Origin: a virus
Lineage: Duplodnaviria; Caudoviricetes
DNA: 50,890 bases
Strand: one strand, 5' to 3'
Virus record (IMG/VR): IMGVR_UViG_3300037584_001746
Span: 1 to 50,890 of that record
Below the pieces are notes generated by a model that did no database searches, was not told the origin of the DNA, and saw only the letters and a list, made by a program, of their open reading frames with translations. This document shows, in pieces, positions 27,555-36,848 of this stretch. Each line of letters opens with the position of its first letter. The first letter of the stretch is position 1. The position numbers and the translations under genes are program-made.

Positions 27555-29327
27555 ATGCAAAAATTACTTGATAATAGAATACAATTACGCAACTGGAAAG
27601 TTGGCGATCACAAGACCACTTGTCCAGAATGTTCCCATACGAGAAAAAATAAAACAGACCAGTGCCTTTCGGTAACGATAGAGCCTGATGGTGGTGCGGT
27701 ATGGAAATGCCACCATTGCGAATGGTCTGGGGCTGTGGCTGGGGCTAACTATAAACCAGATGGGCAATATGTGAAGCCAGTAGAATATAAACGCCCCACG
27801 CCGCCAAAACAGGCTGATGCAGAAAGCCAGCCAATGATTGAATGGTTCAAAAGGCGCGGCATAAGCAAAGAAACTGTTGCAGCATTTCAGATTACTAGAA
27901 CAAGCAATTGGTTCGGGAATGGTGAAGAGGCCTGTTATGCGTTCCCCTATCACAAGGATGGGCAACTGGTTAACATAAAATATAGAACCAAGGATAAGAA
28001 GTTTAGACAGGAGAATGGGGCAGAGAGAACGCTGTTCAATATGGATGCTGTTAAAAAGTGGTGGGATGAAACAGGCTCAAAGACAGTAATTTTTGTTGAG
28101 GGTGAAATGGATGTGCTTTCTATGTGGGAAGCTGGTTTTATATATGCAGTTACATTGCCAGATGGCGCACCCAAGACTGCAAAATTTGATGAACATGATA
28201 AAAGATTTCAAGCATTGCAGAATTGTGAATGGTTGCATGAGGCGGAGAAGGTAATAATAGCCGTTGATGCAGATGAGGCGGGGCAAGCGTTGAAGCTGGA
28301 ATTGATACATCGGTTCGGTAAAGACCGTTGCTGGACAATAGAGTACCCAAATAATCACGACATACAATGCAAGGATGCGAATGAATGTTTAGTGGAGCAT
28401 GGAGCCGATGTGTTAAGGGAGATTATAGGATTGGCGGCTCCACACCCCATAGACGGATTATACACTGTTAAAGATTACGAAAAAGAGGTTTTCAATATTT
28501 ATGATGGCAATGTTCAAAAAGCCATATCTACTGGTTTTGCATCATTAGATGAAATTTATAAGGTCATGCCATCTACATTCGCCATTGTAACTGGCATCCC
28601 AAATCATGGGAAATCTAATTTTATAGATCAGCTTTCAGTAAATCTAGCCAAGAACCATGGTTGGAAATTCGCCATTTTTTCACCAGAACACAGTACAGCC
28701 AATCATATAAGGCGGTTGTCAGAAAAGGTGATGGCAAAGCCGTTTGATTTCGGACCAAACCCAAGAATGACAAAAGAAGAACTTACAGAGGCTATGTTAT
28801 TTTTAGATAATAGGTTTCATTTTATAGAAAGCGAAGATTCATTACCAACAATAGATTGGCTGTTAACAAAGGCTAAATCAGCGTGCCTTAGGCATGGCGT
28901 TAAAGGAATTATAATTGACCCATATAATGAAATTGACGCTACCAGAGATGGAAACAAAAGAGAGGATGAGCATATCCGTGATTTGGTAAGCAGATGCAAA
29001 CAGTTCTGTAGAACTCACGAGGTTGCCATGTGGATGGTTGCCCACCCCGCAAAAATGCAAAGAGGCTCAGATGGAGTGTACCCGCCCCCAAGTCTTTACG
29101 ATATATCAGGTTCAGCGCATTGGAATAATATGTGTGATGTGGGAATAGTGGTTCACAGAGACTTCGAGGCCGATCAGACGCGGGTTATTATCCGAAAAAT
29201 CAGGGAACAGGGGCTGTATGGTTCGATAGGCGAGGCGTTCTTTAGGTACAACCTTACGCGGCATATCTATGAGGCAGAGTTAATACAGCAAGAAGCAGTG
29301 AGCCATTTTGGAGATACAGATGTTTGA
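27555..29327 (+). CDS. Primase-helicase (T7 gp4/Twinkle-like)
   Basis: CPEC...CHHC Zn finger; TOPRIM VEGEMD, DADEAG, KDANE; Walker A GIPNHGKS; IIIDP; VAHP; GS. Confidence 0.92.
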   Translation: MQKLLDNRIQLRNWKVGDHKTTCPECSHTRKNKTDQCLSVTIEPDGGAVWKCHHCEWSGAVAGANYKPDGQYVKPVEYKRPTPPKQADAESQPMIEWFKRRGISKETVAAFQITRTSNWFGNGEEACYAFPYHKDGQLVNIKYRTKDKKFRQENGAERTLFNMDAVKKWWDETGSKTVIFVEGEMDVLSMWEAGFIYAVTLPDGAPKTAKFDEHDKRFQALQNCEWLHEAEKVIIAVDADEAGQALKLELIHRFGKDRCWTIEYPNNHDIQCKDANECLVEHGADVLREIIGLAAPHPIDGLYTVKDYEKEVFNIYDGNVQKAISTGFASLDEIYKVMPSTFAIVTGIPNHGKSNFIDQLSVNLAKNHGWKFAIFSPEHSTANHIRRLSEKVMAKPFDFGPNPRMTKEELTEAMLFLDNRFHFIESEDSLPTIDWLLTKAKSACLRHGVKGIIIDPYNEIDATRDGNKREDEHIRDLVSRCKQFCRTHEVAMWMVAHPAKMQRGSDGVYPPPSLYDISGSAHWNNMCDVGIVVHRDFEADQTRVIIRKIREQGLYGSIGEAFFRYNLTRHIYEAELIQQEAVSHFGDTDV

Positions 29328-30165
29328 TGGGTTTACGAAAGCGCCAGACATTCGGGGGCATGAGCGTATTGTTGAATGGTTTGAAGGCACAGACTCCGTT
29401 GAGGGTTTGCCAGAGAATTATGTGATCGCAACAGATACCTATTATGCTAATTACAAAACACACCGAAAAAAGGGTTCAAAAATAAACCAAAGCATCAATG
29501 AAGAATACATCCCAGTGGTTGGGGGCTTAATTGAAGCGAGCAAGGTTGGGCGTGATGAACCAGATGTGTTCTACAAAATGCTGGCAAAAAAGACAGACCA
29601 GTATTCAAGTTCATTTCACGGGAACACCCATGACATAGGTTGCACTATGTTGTTTGTACGGACAGACCAAAAGCAGTTGACCAAGCGTGTTTTCAAATTG
29701 AAATTGAGAGTGCAAGGTGAGGTATATGATCTGTTTCATTTTATGGGCAGGCATAAACCGTGGTCAGAAAATCTCACAAATGCCAAATTGTTTTTATCAA
29801 CATCAATGAAACTGCATTATGAGCCAGACCGTCAATTTAAATTGCTCAAAATTAGGCAGAAAGCACAGCGGGTATCAAAGAAACGATACGAGCATCATCA
29901 GGCTATAAAAAACCAAACGCCACGCTGGGCTGATAGGTTTAAAATCAATGCAATTTATATGGAAAGATCAAGGCGAAATAAACGAGACGGTAAGAACACT
30001 TGGCACGTTGACCATATTTTTCCACTTACCTATCGTAGCAAGTGCGGCATTGAAGGTTCTGGATTGCATATTCATCAGAACCTTAGAATTGTCTCAAGAC
30101 AATATAATCTAAAAAAATCAAATAAATTTGTTGTAGATGAGGCAGAAATAAATGAAAAACTCTAA
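29320..30165 (+). CDS. HNH endonuclease with N-terminal extension
   Basis: TPRWAD...HVDHIFPL...GLHIHQNL...NLKKSNK. Confidence 0.8.
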   Translation: MFDGFTKAPDIRGHERIVEWFEGTDSVEGLPENYVIATDTYYANYKTHRKKGSKINQSINEEYIPVVGGLIEASKVGRDEPDVFYKMLAKKTDQYSSSFHGNTHDIGCTMLFVRTDQKQLTKRVFKLKLRVQGEVYDLFHFMGRHKPWSENLTNAKLFLSTSMKLHYEPDRQFKLLKIRQKAQRVSKKRYEHHQAIKNQTPRWADRFKINAIYMERSRRNKRDGKNTWHVDHIFPLTYRSKCGIEGSGLHIHQNLRIVSRQYNLKKSNKFVVDEAEINEKL

Positions 30166-30700
30166 TAGGCAGATAGATGATTTTTACCCTACACCGCCAG
30201 AGGCAACAAAGGCACTGTTAGATAGACAGGAATTTGAGCGAGATATTTGGGAGCCAGCGTGTGGGAATGGCGCAATAAGCAATGTTTTGGCGCAAAGAGG
30301 TCACAATGTGATAAGCACAGACCTTAATGATTTTGGATTTGGAAAAACAAATATTGATTTCCTCATGGAGCAAAAGGCTCTTGCATCAAATGTTATTACA
30401 AACCCACCATTTAAACTTGCGAACGAATTTGTACATAAGTGCATAGAATTGAAAATAGATAAATTTGCATTTTTACTTCGGTTGGCGTTTTTAGAAGGGC
30501 AGTCACGAAAATCTGAAATTTATGATGTTTTCCCGCCTTCTCATATACTTGTGTTTTCTAAAAGACTTACAATGTGGCGGGGAGATGAGGAAAAGCCAGA
30601 AAAATCTACAGGCACGACAGCGTATGCTTGGTTTATATGGTCAAAGATTATGAACGAGGGAATGTTATTACACAGACATACAAGGGTTGGTTGGATTTAA
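30152..30700 (+). CDS. DNA amino-methyltransferase (probably m6A)
   Basis: DDFYPTP; WEPACGNG (motif I); ITNPPF (motif IV); YAWFIW. Confidence 0.85.
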   Translation: MKNSNRQIDDFYPTPPEATKALLDRQEFERDIWEPACGNGAISNVLAQRGHNVISTDLNDFGFGKTNIDFLMEQKALASNVITNPPFKLANEFVHKCIELKIDKFAFLLRLAFLEGQSRKSEIYDVFPPSHILVFSKRLTMWRGDEEKPEKSTGTTAYAWFIWSKIMNEGMLLHRHTRVGWI

Positions 30701-30703
30701 TAC

Positions 30704-30731
30704 TAGACAACACAATATATTGTGATAATAT
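30704..30731 (+). promoter_or_regulatory. Promoter of candidate sRNA
   Basis: TAGACA-16-TAATAT with TGn extension; predicted +1 near G30738. Confidence 0.65.
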
Positions 30732-30737
30732 TTTCTT

Positions 30738-30829
30738 GCAATCGCATGATTGCCTCCGTGGTGAATGGTTTGGTCGCCTACACCAATGGTTTTTAGGGGA
30801 TTGGGCTTCGGCTCAGTCCCCTTTATTTT
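30738..30829 (+). ncRNA. Candidate trans-acting anti-RBS small RNA
   Basis: Promoter, 5' hairpin GCAATC-gcat-GATTGC, seeds GCCTCCGTGGT and TTGGTCGCCTA complementary to 16 early-gene leaders, terminator. Confidence 0.7.
30795..30829 (+). terminator. Intrinsic terminator
   Basis: GGGGATTGGGC-TTCG-GCTCAGTCCCC followed by TTTATTTT. Confidence 0.85.
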
Positions 30830-30889
30830 GTTTATTTTTTATCGTATAGTTTTTATATCCCAATATGGGGAGCAACAAAAGGCTATCAC

Positions 30890-31537
30890 ATGAACATAGA
30901 AACCATACAGCTAGATCAGCTTACGCCATACCAAAAAAACCCCAGAAAAAACCCAAATGCAGAAAAGGTGGCGGCATCAATACAAGAGTATGGGTTTCAG
31001 CAACCCATCGTTGTAGATAAAAACCTTGTTATTGTTGTGGGTCACACGAGATATGCGGCATCTAAAATATTAGGTTTAAAAGAAGTGCCTGTGGTAGTTG
31101 CTGATTTAGACGAAAAGAAGGCTACAGCATACAGAATAGCCGATAATAGGCTCAATCAAGATACCGATTGGGAATATAAGTTCCTCACAGAAGAATTAAA
31201 CGACCTCATCAATGGTGATTTTGATTTAAGCAAATTAGGTTTTGAAGATGCGGAACTTGATAGCTTATTATCTATAGATGATGTTCAAGCGGATTGGTTT
31301 AAGCCAGAAGAGCATTGGAATGATATGCCATCATTCGACCATCAAGACCTGAAGCCTTACAGGACAGTCGTTATTCATGTGCGAAACTCTGATGATTTGG
31401 CGGACTTGTCGCAAAGAATAGGGCAAGATATCAAAGACAGTGAACAAGAAAAACGCAATGGCGTTCCAGTGACCTCTATGTGGCATCCAGTAAGAATAAA
31501 TGATGTATTAAAAGATAAGGGATACACAAGTGAATAA
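30890..31537 (+). CDS. ParB/Srx N-terminal domain protein
   Basis: PYQKNPR...SIQEYGFQQPIVVD...IVVGHTR...YRIADNRL. Confidence 0.88.
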   Translation: MNIETIQLDQLTPYQKNPRKNPNAEKVAASIQEYGFQQPIVVDKNLVIVVGHTRYAASKILGLKEVPVVVADLDEKKATAYRIADNRLNQDTDWEYKFLTEELNDLINGDFDLSKLGFEDAELDSLLSIDDVQADWFKPEEHWNDMPSFDHQDLKPYRTVVIHVRNSDDLADLSQRIGQDIKDSEQEKRNGVPVTSMWHPVRINDVLKDKGYTSE

Positions 31538-32411
31538 TCCGCAATTTCCCTTATACATCCCATCAAAGGGAAGGGCAGATAGCAGATTAACTGCAAAGGC
31601 ACTAGATTCAATGCAGGTGCCATATCGCCTTGTGATAGAAGAACAAGAATACAAAGACTATTTAGAGCATGTAGATAAAGATAAGCTACTTATTTTAGAT
31701 AAAAAATTTCAAGATGAATACGATACCTGTGATGACCTTGGCGCAACTCGTAGCAAGGGACCAGGAGCCGCGCGAAACTTTATTTGGGAACATGCGATTT
31801 CTGAGGGGCACGCTTGGCATTGGGTGATGGACGACAACATCAAGTCGTTTCGCAGATGGAGAGATAACAAGCGCATCAAGTGCTATGATGGAACGCCATT
31901 CAAGGCTATGGAAGATTTTGTGCTTCGCTACAAGAATGTTGCTATGGCGGGTCCGAATTATATGTTCTTTGTTGTAGACAAGTGGGCAAAAGATTACGGA
32001 CCATTCACAGTCAACACCAGAATTTACTCATGCAATCTAATCCGTAATGATGTTCCTTTCAGATGGAGGGGCAGATATAACGAAGATACAGACCTATCGC
32101 TTCAGATGCTAAAGGCTAAATGGTGTACAATACAGTTCAATGCCTTTCTGCAAGAAAAAGCAAATACCCAAACTGTTAAGGGCGGTAATACACAAGAATT
32201 TTACGCCAAAGAGGGAACCGCGCCAAAATCTGCAATGCAAATGAGGCTTCACCCAGATGTAAGTAAAATGGTATGGCGATATGGTAGACCTCATCATCAT
32301 GTGAACTACAATAAATTCAAAAAAGAAAATCGGCTAATACTGAAAGATGATTACGTTGTAAAACAGGGAGTTAATGAATACGGAATGAAATTAAAAACCA
32401 TAAGGTCGTAA
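31530..32411 (+). CDS. GT-A glycosyltransferase, TET-associated/GREB1-like family
   Basis: YIPSKGRA...ARN...WVMDDNI...RIYSCNLI...YNEDTDL...KGGN. Confidence 0.8.
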   Translation: MNNPQFPLYIPSKGRADSRLTAKALDSMQVPYRLVIEEQEYKDYLEHVDKDKLLILDKKFQDEYDTCDDLGATRSKGPGAARNFIWEHAISEGHAWHWVMDDNIKSFRRWRDNKRIKCYDGTPFKAMEDFVLRYKNVAMAGPNYMFFVVDKWAKDYGPFTVNTRIYSCNLIRNDVPFRWRGRYNEDTDLSLQMLKAKWCTIQFNAFLQEKANTQTVKGGNTQEFYAKEGTAPKSAMQMRLHPDVSKMVWRYGRPHHHVNYNKFKKENRLILKDDYVVKQGVNEYGMKLKTIRS

Positions 32412-32445
32412 ATAATTTCCGTGGTATATTAAAAAGGGCAAAAAA

Positions 32446-32874
32446 ATGGCTAATAAAGTTGGTAGACCTAAGAAAAAAACAAATCAAGTTAAGGAAAAAA
32501 ACCCTGTTGGTCGACCCAAAATCGAAATCAACCTTGATGAGCTTGAAAGATTGAGTGCGTTGAATTGCACGATGCCAGAATTGGCGGCTTATTTTAGAGT
32601 GCCGTTAAGAACCCTTGAAGATAAATATACAAACGACCCAGAGATCAGGGCTACAATAAATCGTGGCAGAGAGGTCGGTAAGTTATCTGTAAGACGTAAA
32701 CAAATGCAGATTATGAACGATATGAATAGTACAGCCATGGCAATCTGGTTAGGCAAACAGCTACTTGGTCAAAGGGATAAGCATGATGTGATTACTGAAG
32801 ACAGGGGAGAAACAGCCTTAAATGAAGCCTTTTCTGTTGTTGCAGATTTGGTGAGGAGTAAAAAAAGTGACTGA
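32446..32874 (+). CDS. terS: Terminase small subunit
   Basis: GRPK...HTH...SVRRKQ...MAIWLGKQLLGQ; upstream of terL. Confidence 0.75.
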   Translation: MANKVGRPKKKTNQVKEKNPVGRPKIEINLDELERLSALNCTMPELAAYFRVPLRTLEDKYTNDPEIRATINRGREVGKLSVRRKQMQIMNDMNSTAMAIWLGKQLLGQRDKHDVITEDRGETALNEAFSVVADLVRSKKSD

Positions 32875-33148
32875 CCAAAATATGTTTGATTGGACATTAA
32901 GTTATCTCTCAAGCGTGGCGGGAGAATTTACCGCGTTATCAGATTCGGCTAATATATTTAGCTGGCAAGGTAGGGGAGAAAATTATTGGCTGAATCTAAT
33001 CAAAGACGATGATGGAGACCCTCATGTTATGATTTATGCTTGTGCTGACCCCAGTAATTTACTTTTCTCAGTTATCGGATATTGTGTCTATCACGATATA
33101 AATTTTGAAATTGATGATAGTTTGCCTAAAGCAAAGTACCAAGCATGA
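32867..33148 (+). CDS. Hypothetical protein between terS and terL
   Basis: 93 aa, overlaps both neighbours. Confidence 0.65.
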   Translation: MTDQNMFDWTLSYLSSVAGEFTALSDSANIFSWQGRGENYWLNLIKDDDGDPHVMIYACADPSNLLFSVIGYCVYHDINFEIDDSLPKAKYQA

Positions 33149-34455
33149 ATTTTCAAGTTGCAAAACAAGATAAACTGCAATATTTGCAAAAATTATCTAG
33201 TTCATTCGTTGATGAAGAAAGCCATGCCTTTAACAGCTTTGTAAAATGGGCAAAGTCAGCTCGACAAAAACAAATAGCACCTGATGGTAATTGGTCAATT
33301 TGGCTGATATTGGCTGGTCGCGGATGGGGTAAAACCAGAACAGGGGCAGAAGATATTTGTGCATTTGCGATGGCAAATTCAAACGTCAGGTGTGGTGTTG
33401 TTGCTCCAACAAGGGGAGATTTAAGGCGGGTCTGTTTTGAGGGACCGTCTGGATTATTAACTTGCATACCAAAAGAGTGTTTATGGCAAGGCGATGGGAA
33501 TGCGTACAATCGCTCTGCAATGGAAATAAGGTTATGGAATGGCTCTATCATTCAGGGCTATGCCGCAATAGAACCAGACCGCCTACGTGGTCCACAGTTT
33601 CATCGTATATGGGCAGATGAATTGGCGGCTTGGAGATATCCAGAGGCTTATGATCAAATGATGTTTGGTTTACGCCTTGGGGAAAAGCCGCAACTCATAA
33701 TTACCACAACACCAAGACCCACTAAAATAATAAGCAACCTTGTCAGTCGAAAACACAAAGATGTATACCTTACCAGTGGCAACACGTTTGAAAACCATGA
33801 GAATTTAGCGCAGTCTGCATTAGACCAGTTAAAAGAAAGATACGATGGAACTAGATTGGGCAGACAAGAGCTTTATGCAGAATTGCTTGAAGATATTGAA
33901 GGCGCATTATGGTCGTATAGGCGTTTAGATGAAACAAGAATAACAAAAGACGAAATGCCAGACTTAAATAGAATTGTTGTGGCTATTGATCCAGCCGTTA
34001 CAAACAATGAAGATTCAGACGAGACTGGTATAATTGTTGCTGGAAAGGCAAACAATCAAAGGTACTATGTAATCGACGATGTTTCTGGTAGGATGACTCC
34101 TGATGGCTGGGGTCGTACGGCTATAGAGATGTTTTATAAGTATCAAGCCGATAGGATTGTGGCAGAGGTTAATAATGGTGGCGATTTAGTAGAAAGGCTG
34201 TTAAGAAATATTGATCAGAACGTGCCTTATACCCCTGTTAGAGCGTCAAGAGGTAAGTTGGTGAGGGCAGAGCCAATAGCGGCTTTATATGAACAGAGCA
34301 GGGTTTCTCATGTTGGCGCGTTCAAGCAATTAGAAGAACAATTATGTTCGTTTTCGGCTGGGAGTAGTAAATCACCCGATAGACTTGATGCCTTAGTCTG
34401 GGCGTTGACAGAACTGAGCCAATCCAGTGGGACGGCTACTTGGAGAATTTCATAA
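33145..34455 (+). CDS. terL: Terminase large subunit
   Basis: AGRGWGKT; LRGPQF; WADE; TTTP; VAIDPA; SPDRLDA. Confidence 0.95.
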   Translation: MNFQVAKQDKLQYLQKLSSSFVDEESHAFNSFVKWAKSARQKQIAPDGNWSIWLILAGRGWGKTRTGAEDICAFAMANSNVRCGVVAPTRGDLRRVCFEGPSGLLTCIPKECLWQGDGNAYNRSAMEIRLWNGSIIQGYAAIEPDRLRGPQFHRIWADELAAWRYPEAYDQMMFGLRLGEKPQLIITTTPRPTKIISNLVSRKHKDVYLTSGNTFENHENLAQSALDQLKERYDGTRLGRQELYAELLEDIEGALWSYRRLDETRITKDEMPDLNRIVVAIDPAVTNNEDSDETGIIVAGKANNQRYYVIDDVSGRMTPDGWGRTAIEMFYKYQADRIVAEVNNGGDLVERLLRNIDQNVPYTPVRASRGKLVRAEPIAALYEQSRVSHVGAFKQLEEQLCSFSAGSSKSPDRLDALVWALTELSQSSGTATWRIS

Positions 34456-36848
34456 TGGCTGGCATCAAAGATTTTTTCAAATTTTTACAACGTGACACAA
34501 TAGAGATAAAAGAAGCTCCACAAGTTGTATTAAGCGTGAATAACGCTCACCATTATCGCAAAGATAATTATGAGGCTTACGCAGACGAAGGCTATAGGCA
34601 AAATGCTGTAGTGTATCGTTGCATTAACGAGATAGCCAATGGCGCGGCTTGCATCCCATTCAAGTTATTTCAGGGTGACGATGAATTAGATCAGCACCCA
34701 TTGCTGGCATTGTTGAAAAGGCCAAACCCATCACAAGCGGGTGTTGAGTATTTCCAAGCTGTATATTCGTATTTGTTGTTATCTGGAAATAATTACGCCA
34801 TTCGATCTGATGTAGGCGGTGAGGTGCGAGAACTTTATCTTTTGCGTCCAGATCGTGTGAGAGTGAAGCCATCCAAAACCTCAACCCCAGAAGCCTATGA
34901 GTATGTTCTTGGCGGCAAGGTGGTCAAAACATATGATGCAGACCCAATCACAGGGGAATCTGAAGTTAAGCATATGAAGCTGTATAATCCGTTAGATGAT
35001 TATTATGGGTTATCGCCTCTTATGGCGGCGGCAGTAGATATTGATAATCATAACGCCATCAATAAGCATAATATCAGCTTATTAAACAATGGCGCAAGAC
35101 CAAGCGGTGCTATCGTATTCAAGCCACAAAGTGACAGGGGCTTACCAATACAGTTATCGGATGGGCAACGCCAACAATTAAGGGATGATTTGAATGTCAA
35201 ATATACTGGCGCGGCTAATGCGGGAAAGCCGTTATTACTGGAAGGTGATTTTGATTGGCGTGAAATGGGTCTTACACCTAAAGACATGGATTTTCTGCAA
35301 CAGAGAAACATGGCGGCAAAGGATATCGCTCTTTGTTTTGGGGTGCCAAGTCAACTTATTGGCATACCAGACGCGCAGACGTATGCGAATGTCCAAGAAG
35401 CGCGGCTAGCTCTTTACGAGGAAACAATAATGCCGCTAGCCCGACGGGTGCAGTCTGATTTGAATGAATGGTTGGCTCCTGTATATGGTGAAGAAATACG
35501 AATAGAGTATGATTTTGAAGCAGTGCCAGCAATGGTTGAAAGAAGGCGGCGAATATACGAAAACGTCACTCAAGCAGTAAGAGAAGGGATTATTTCAAGG
35601 AATGAGGCAAGAGAGCGTTTAGGTCTTGAGCCAATACAGGGAGGTGATGATGTCTATATCGCGGCTAATCTTTTTCCTCTGGGAAGCACAGAAGCCGAAC
35701 CAACCCAAGGACAGGAGGCTGAACAGGATGCGGAAAAAGCTTACGGAATTATTGACGAAAGCAAAGCGAAAGTTGCAAAGGATGTATTTACAACTGAAAG
35801 TGAGGCTCAAGCTAGGGCTGAAGAAATAGGCTGTTTCGGTACTCACTTCCATGATACAGACAACGGCAAGGTGTATATGCCTTGCGCCAGTCATGCGGAC
35901 TACAGAAGGCTCACAGGCACAGATTTAACAACACCAAAGCAATCAAAAGAACGTGTAGCTCGTGATGTATTTACAACAGAAGACGAGGCCGCAGAAAGAG
36001 CTGAAGAAATTGGATGTTTTGGCACTCATTTTCACGATACCGATAACGGCAGGGTATTTATGCCATGTGCCAGCCATGCAGATTATAGACGTTTGGTTGG
36101 CGAAGATTTAGAAACTCCAAAGCAAGATGAGGAACTCGGTGATGATGCGAAGGCGGAATCAGATGTTGATACAACGCCAACTGACGCAATGGCGAAAGAG
36201 GCTGAACGCGGTCTTGCCATGCGCAAAGAGTTCAACCGAGGGGGAACAGAAGTCGGTGTCGCAAGAGCAGTCCAGCTTGTCTCCAAAGAAAGATTGTCGC
36301 CTAGAACGGTAAGGCGAATGCACAGTTTTTTTAGCCGCCATGAGGTAGATAAAAGAGCCGAAGGTTTCCGCCGAGGTGAAGAAGGTTATCCAAGCGCAGG
36401 GAAAATCGCTTGGCTGTTATGGGGTGGCGATGCTGGTCAAACATGGGCTAGGCGTACAGCCGCAAAGTTAGACAAAGAACGTGATGGTAAAAATGATATA
36501 TTAGAGGACATTCAGCCAATTGATAATCATTTTGAAGAAAAGGCTGTAAAAATAAGCGAATCTGTAAAAAAAGGGTTAGCAAAAAAAGTAAAAGAACATA
36601 ACGATAAGCATGGTGACAAAAAAGGTAAGCGCGTTACATTGCGTATGCTTTCTGCTGTATTCCGTAGAGGTGTTGGAGCATATAATACAAATCCATCATC
36701 TGTTAGACCAAGCGTCTCAAGTTCCGATCAATGGGCATATGCAAGGGTAAACGTATTTTTAGGGGCGGTGCGAACTGGTAGATTTAAGCGTGCCAAGTTT
36801 GATACTGACCTTTTACCGAAAGGTCACCCTCTCAGAACAGGCGATTGA
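34455..36848 (+). CDS. HK97-family portal protein with long C-terminal extension
   Basis: VYRCI...LLSGNNY...LRPDRV...YGLSP...NGARPSG...FGVP...SRNEAR; ~380 extra aa. Confidence 0.92.
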   Translation: MAGIKDFFKFLQRDTIEIKEAPQVVLSVNNAHHYRKDNYEAYADEGYRQNAVVYRCINEIANGAACIPFKLFQGDDELDQHPLLALLKRPNPSQAGVEYFQAVYSYLLLSGNNYAIRSDVGGEVRELYLLRPDRVRVKPSKTSTPEAYEYVLGGKVVKTYDADPITGESEVKHMKLYNPLDDYYGLSPLMAAAVDIDNHNAINKHNISLLNNGARPSGAIVFKPQSDRGLPIQLSDGQRQQLRDDLNVKYTGAANAGKPLLLEGDFDWREMGLTPKDMDFLQQRNMAAKDIALCFGVPSQLIGIPDAQTYANVQEARLALYEETIMPLARRVQSDLNEWLAPVYGEEIRIEYDFEAVPAMVERRRRIYENVTQAVREGIISRNEARERLGLEPIQGGDDVYIAANLFPLGSTEAEPTQGQEAEQDAEKAYGIIDESKAKVAKDVFTTESEAQARAEEIGCFGTHFHDTDNGKVYMPCASHADYRRLTGTDLTTPKQSKERVARDVFTTEDEAAERAEEIGCFGTHFHDTDNGRVFMPCASHADYRRLVGEDLETPKQDEELGDDAKAESDVDTTPTDAMAKEAERGLAMRKEFNRGGTEVGVARAVQLVSKERLSPRTVRRMHSFFSRHEVDKRAEGFRRGEEGYPSAGKIAWLLWGGDAGQTWARRTAAKLDKERDGKNDILEDIQPIDNHFEEKAVKISESVKKGLAKKVKEHNDKHGDKKGKRVTLRMLSAVFRRGVGAYNTNPSSVRPSVSSSDQWAYARVNVFLGAVRTGRFKRAKFDTDLLPKGHPLRTGD
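35772..36125 (+). repeat. Two tandem Cys/His repeats (183-nt period) in the portal tail
   Basis: DVFTTE.EA..RAEEIGCFGTHFHDTDNG.V.MPCASHADYRRL twice. Confidence 0.9.

Noticed and set aside
29320-30700. HNH plus methyltransferase as a restriction-modification system
   Set aside because: Both types are common as stand-alone phage genes; adjacency alone is insufficient
30738-30829. tRNA at the structured intergenic region
   Set aside because: No cloverleaf or T-arm consensus; the TTCG loop belongs to a terminator stem
30628-30849. 73-aa + strand ORF across the sRNA locus
   Set aside because: Non-ATG start inside the methyltransferase gene, runs through a strong terminator, no recognisable motif
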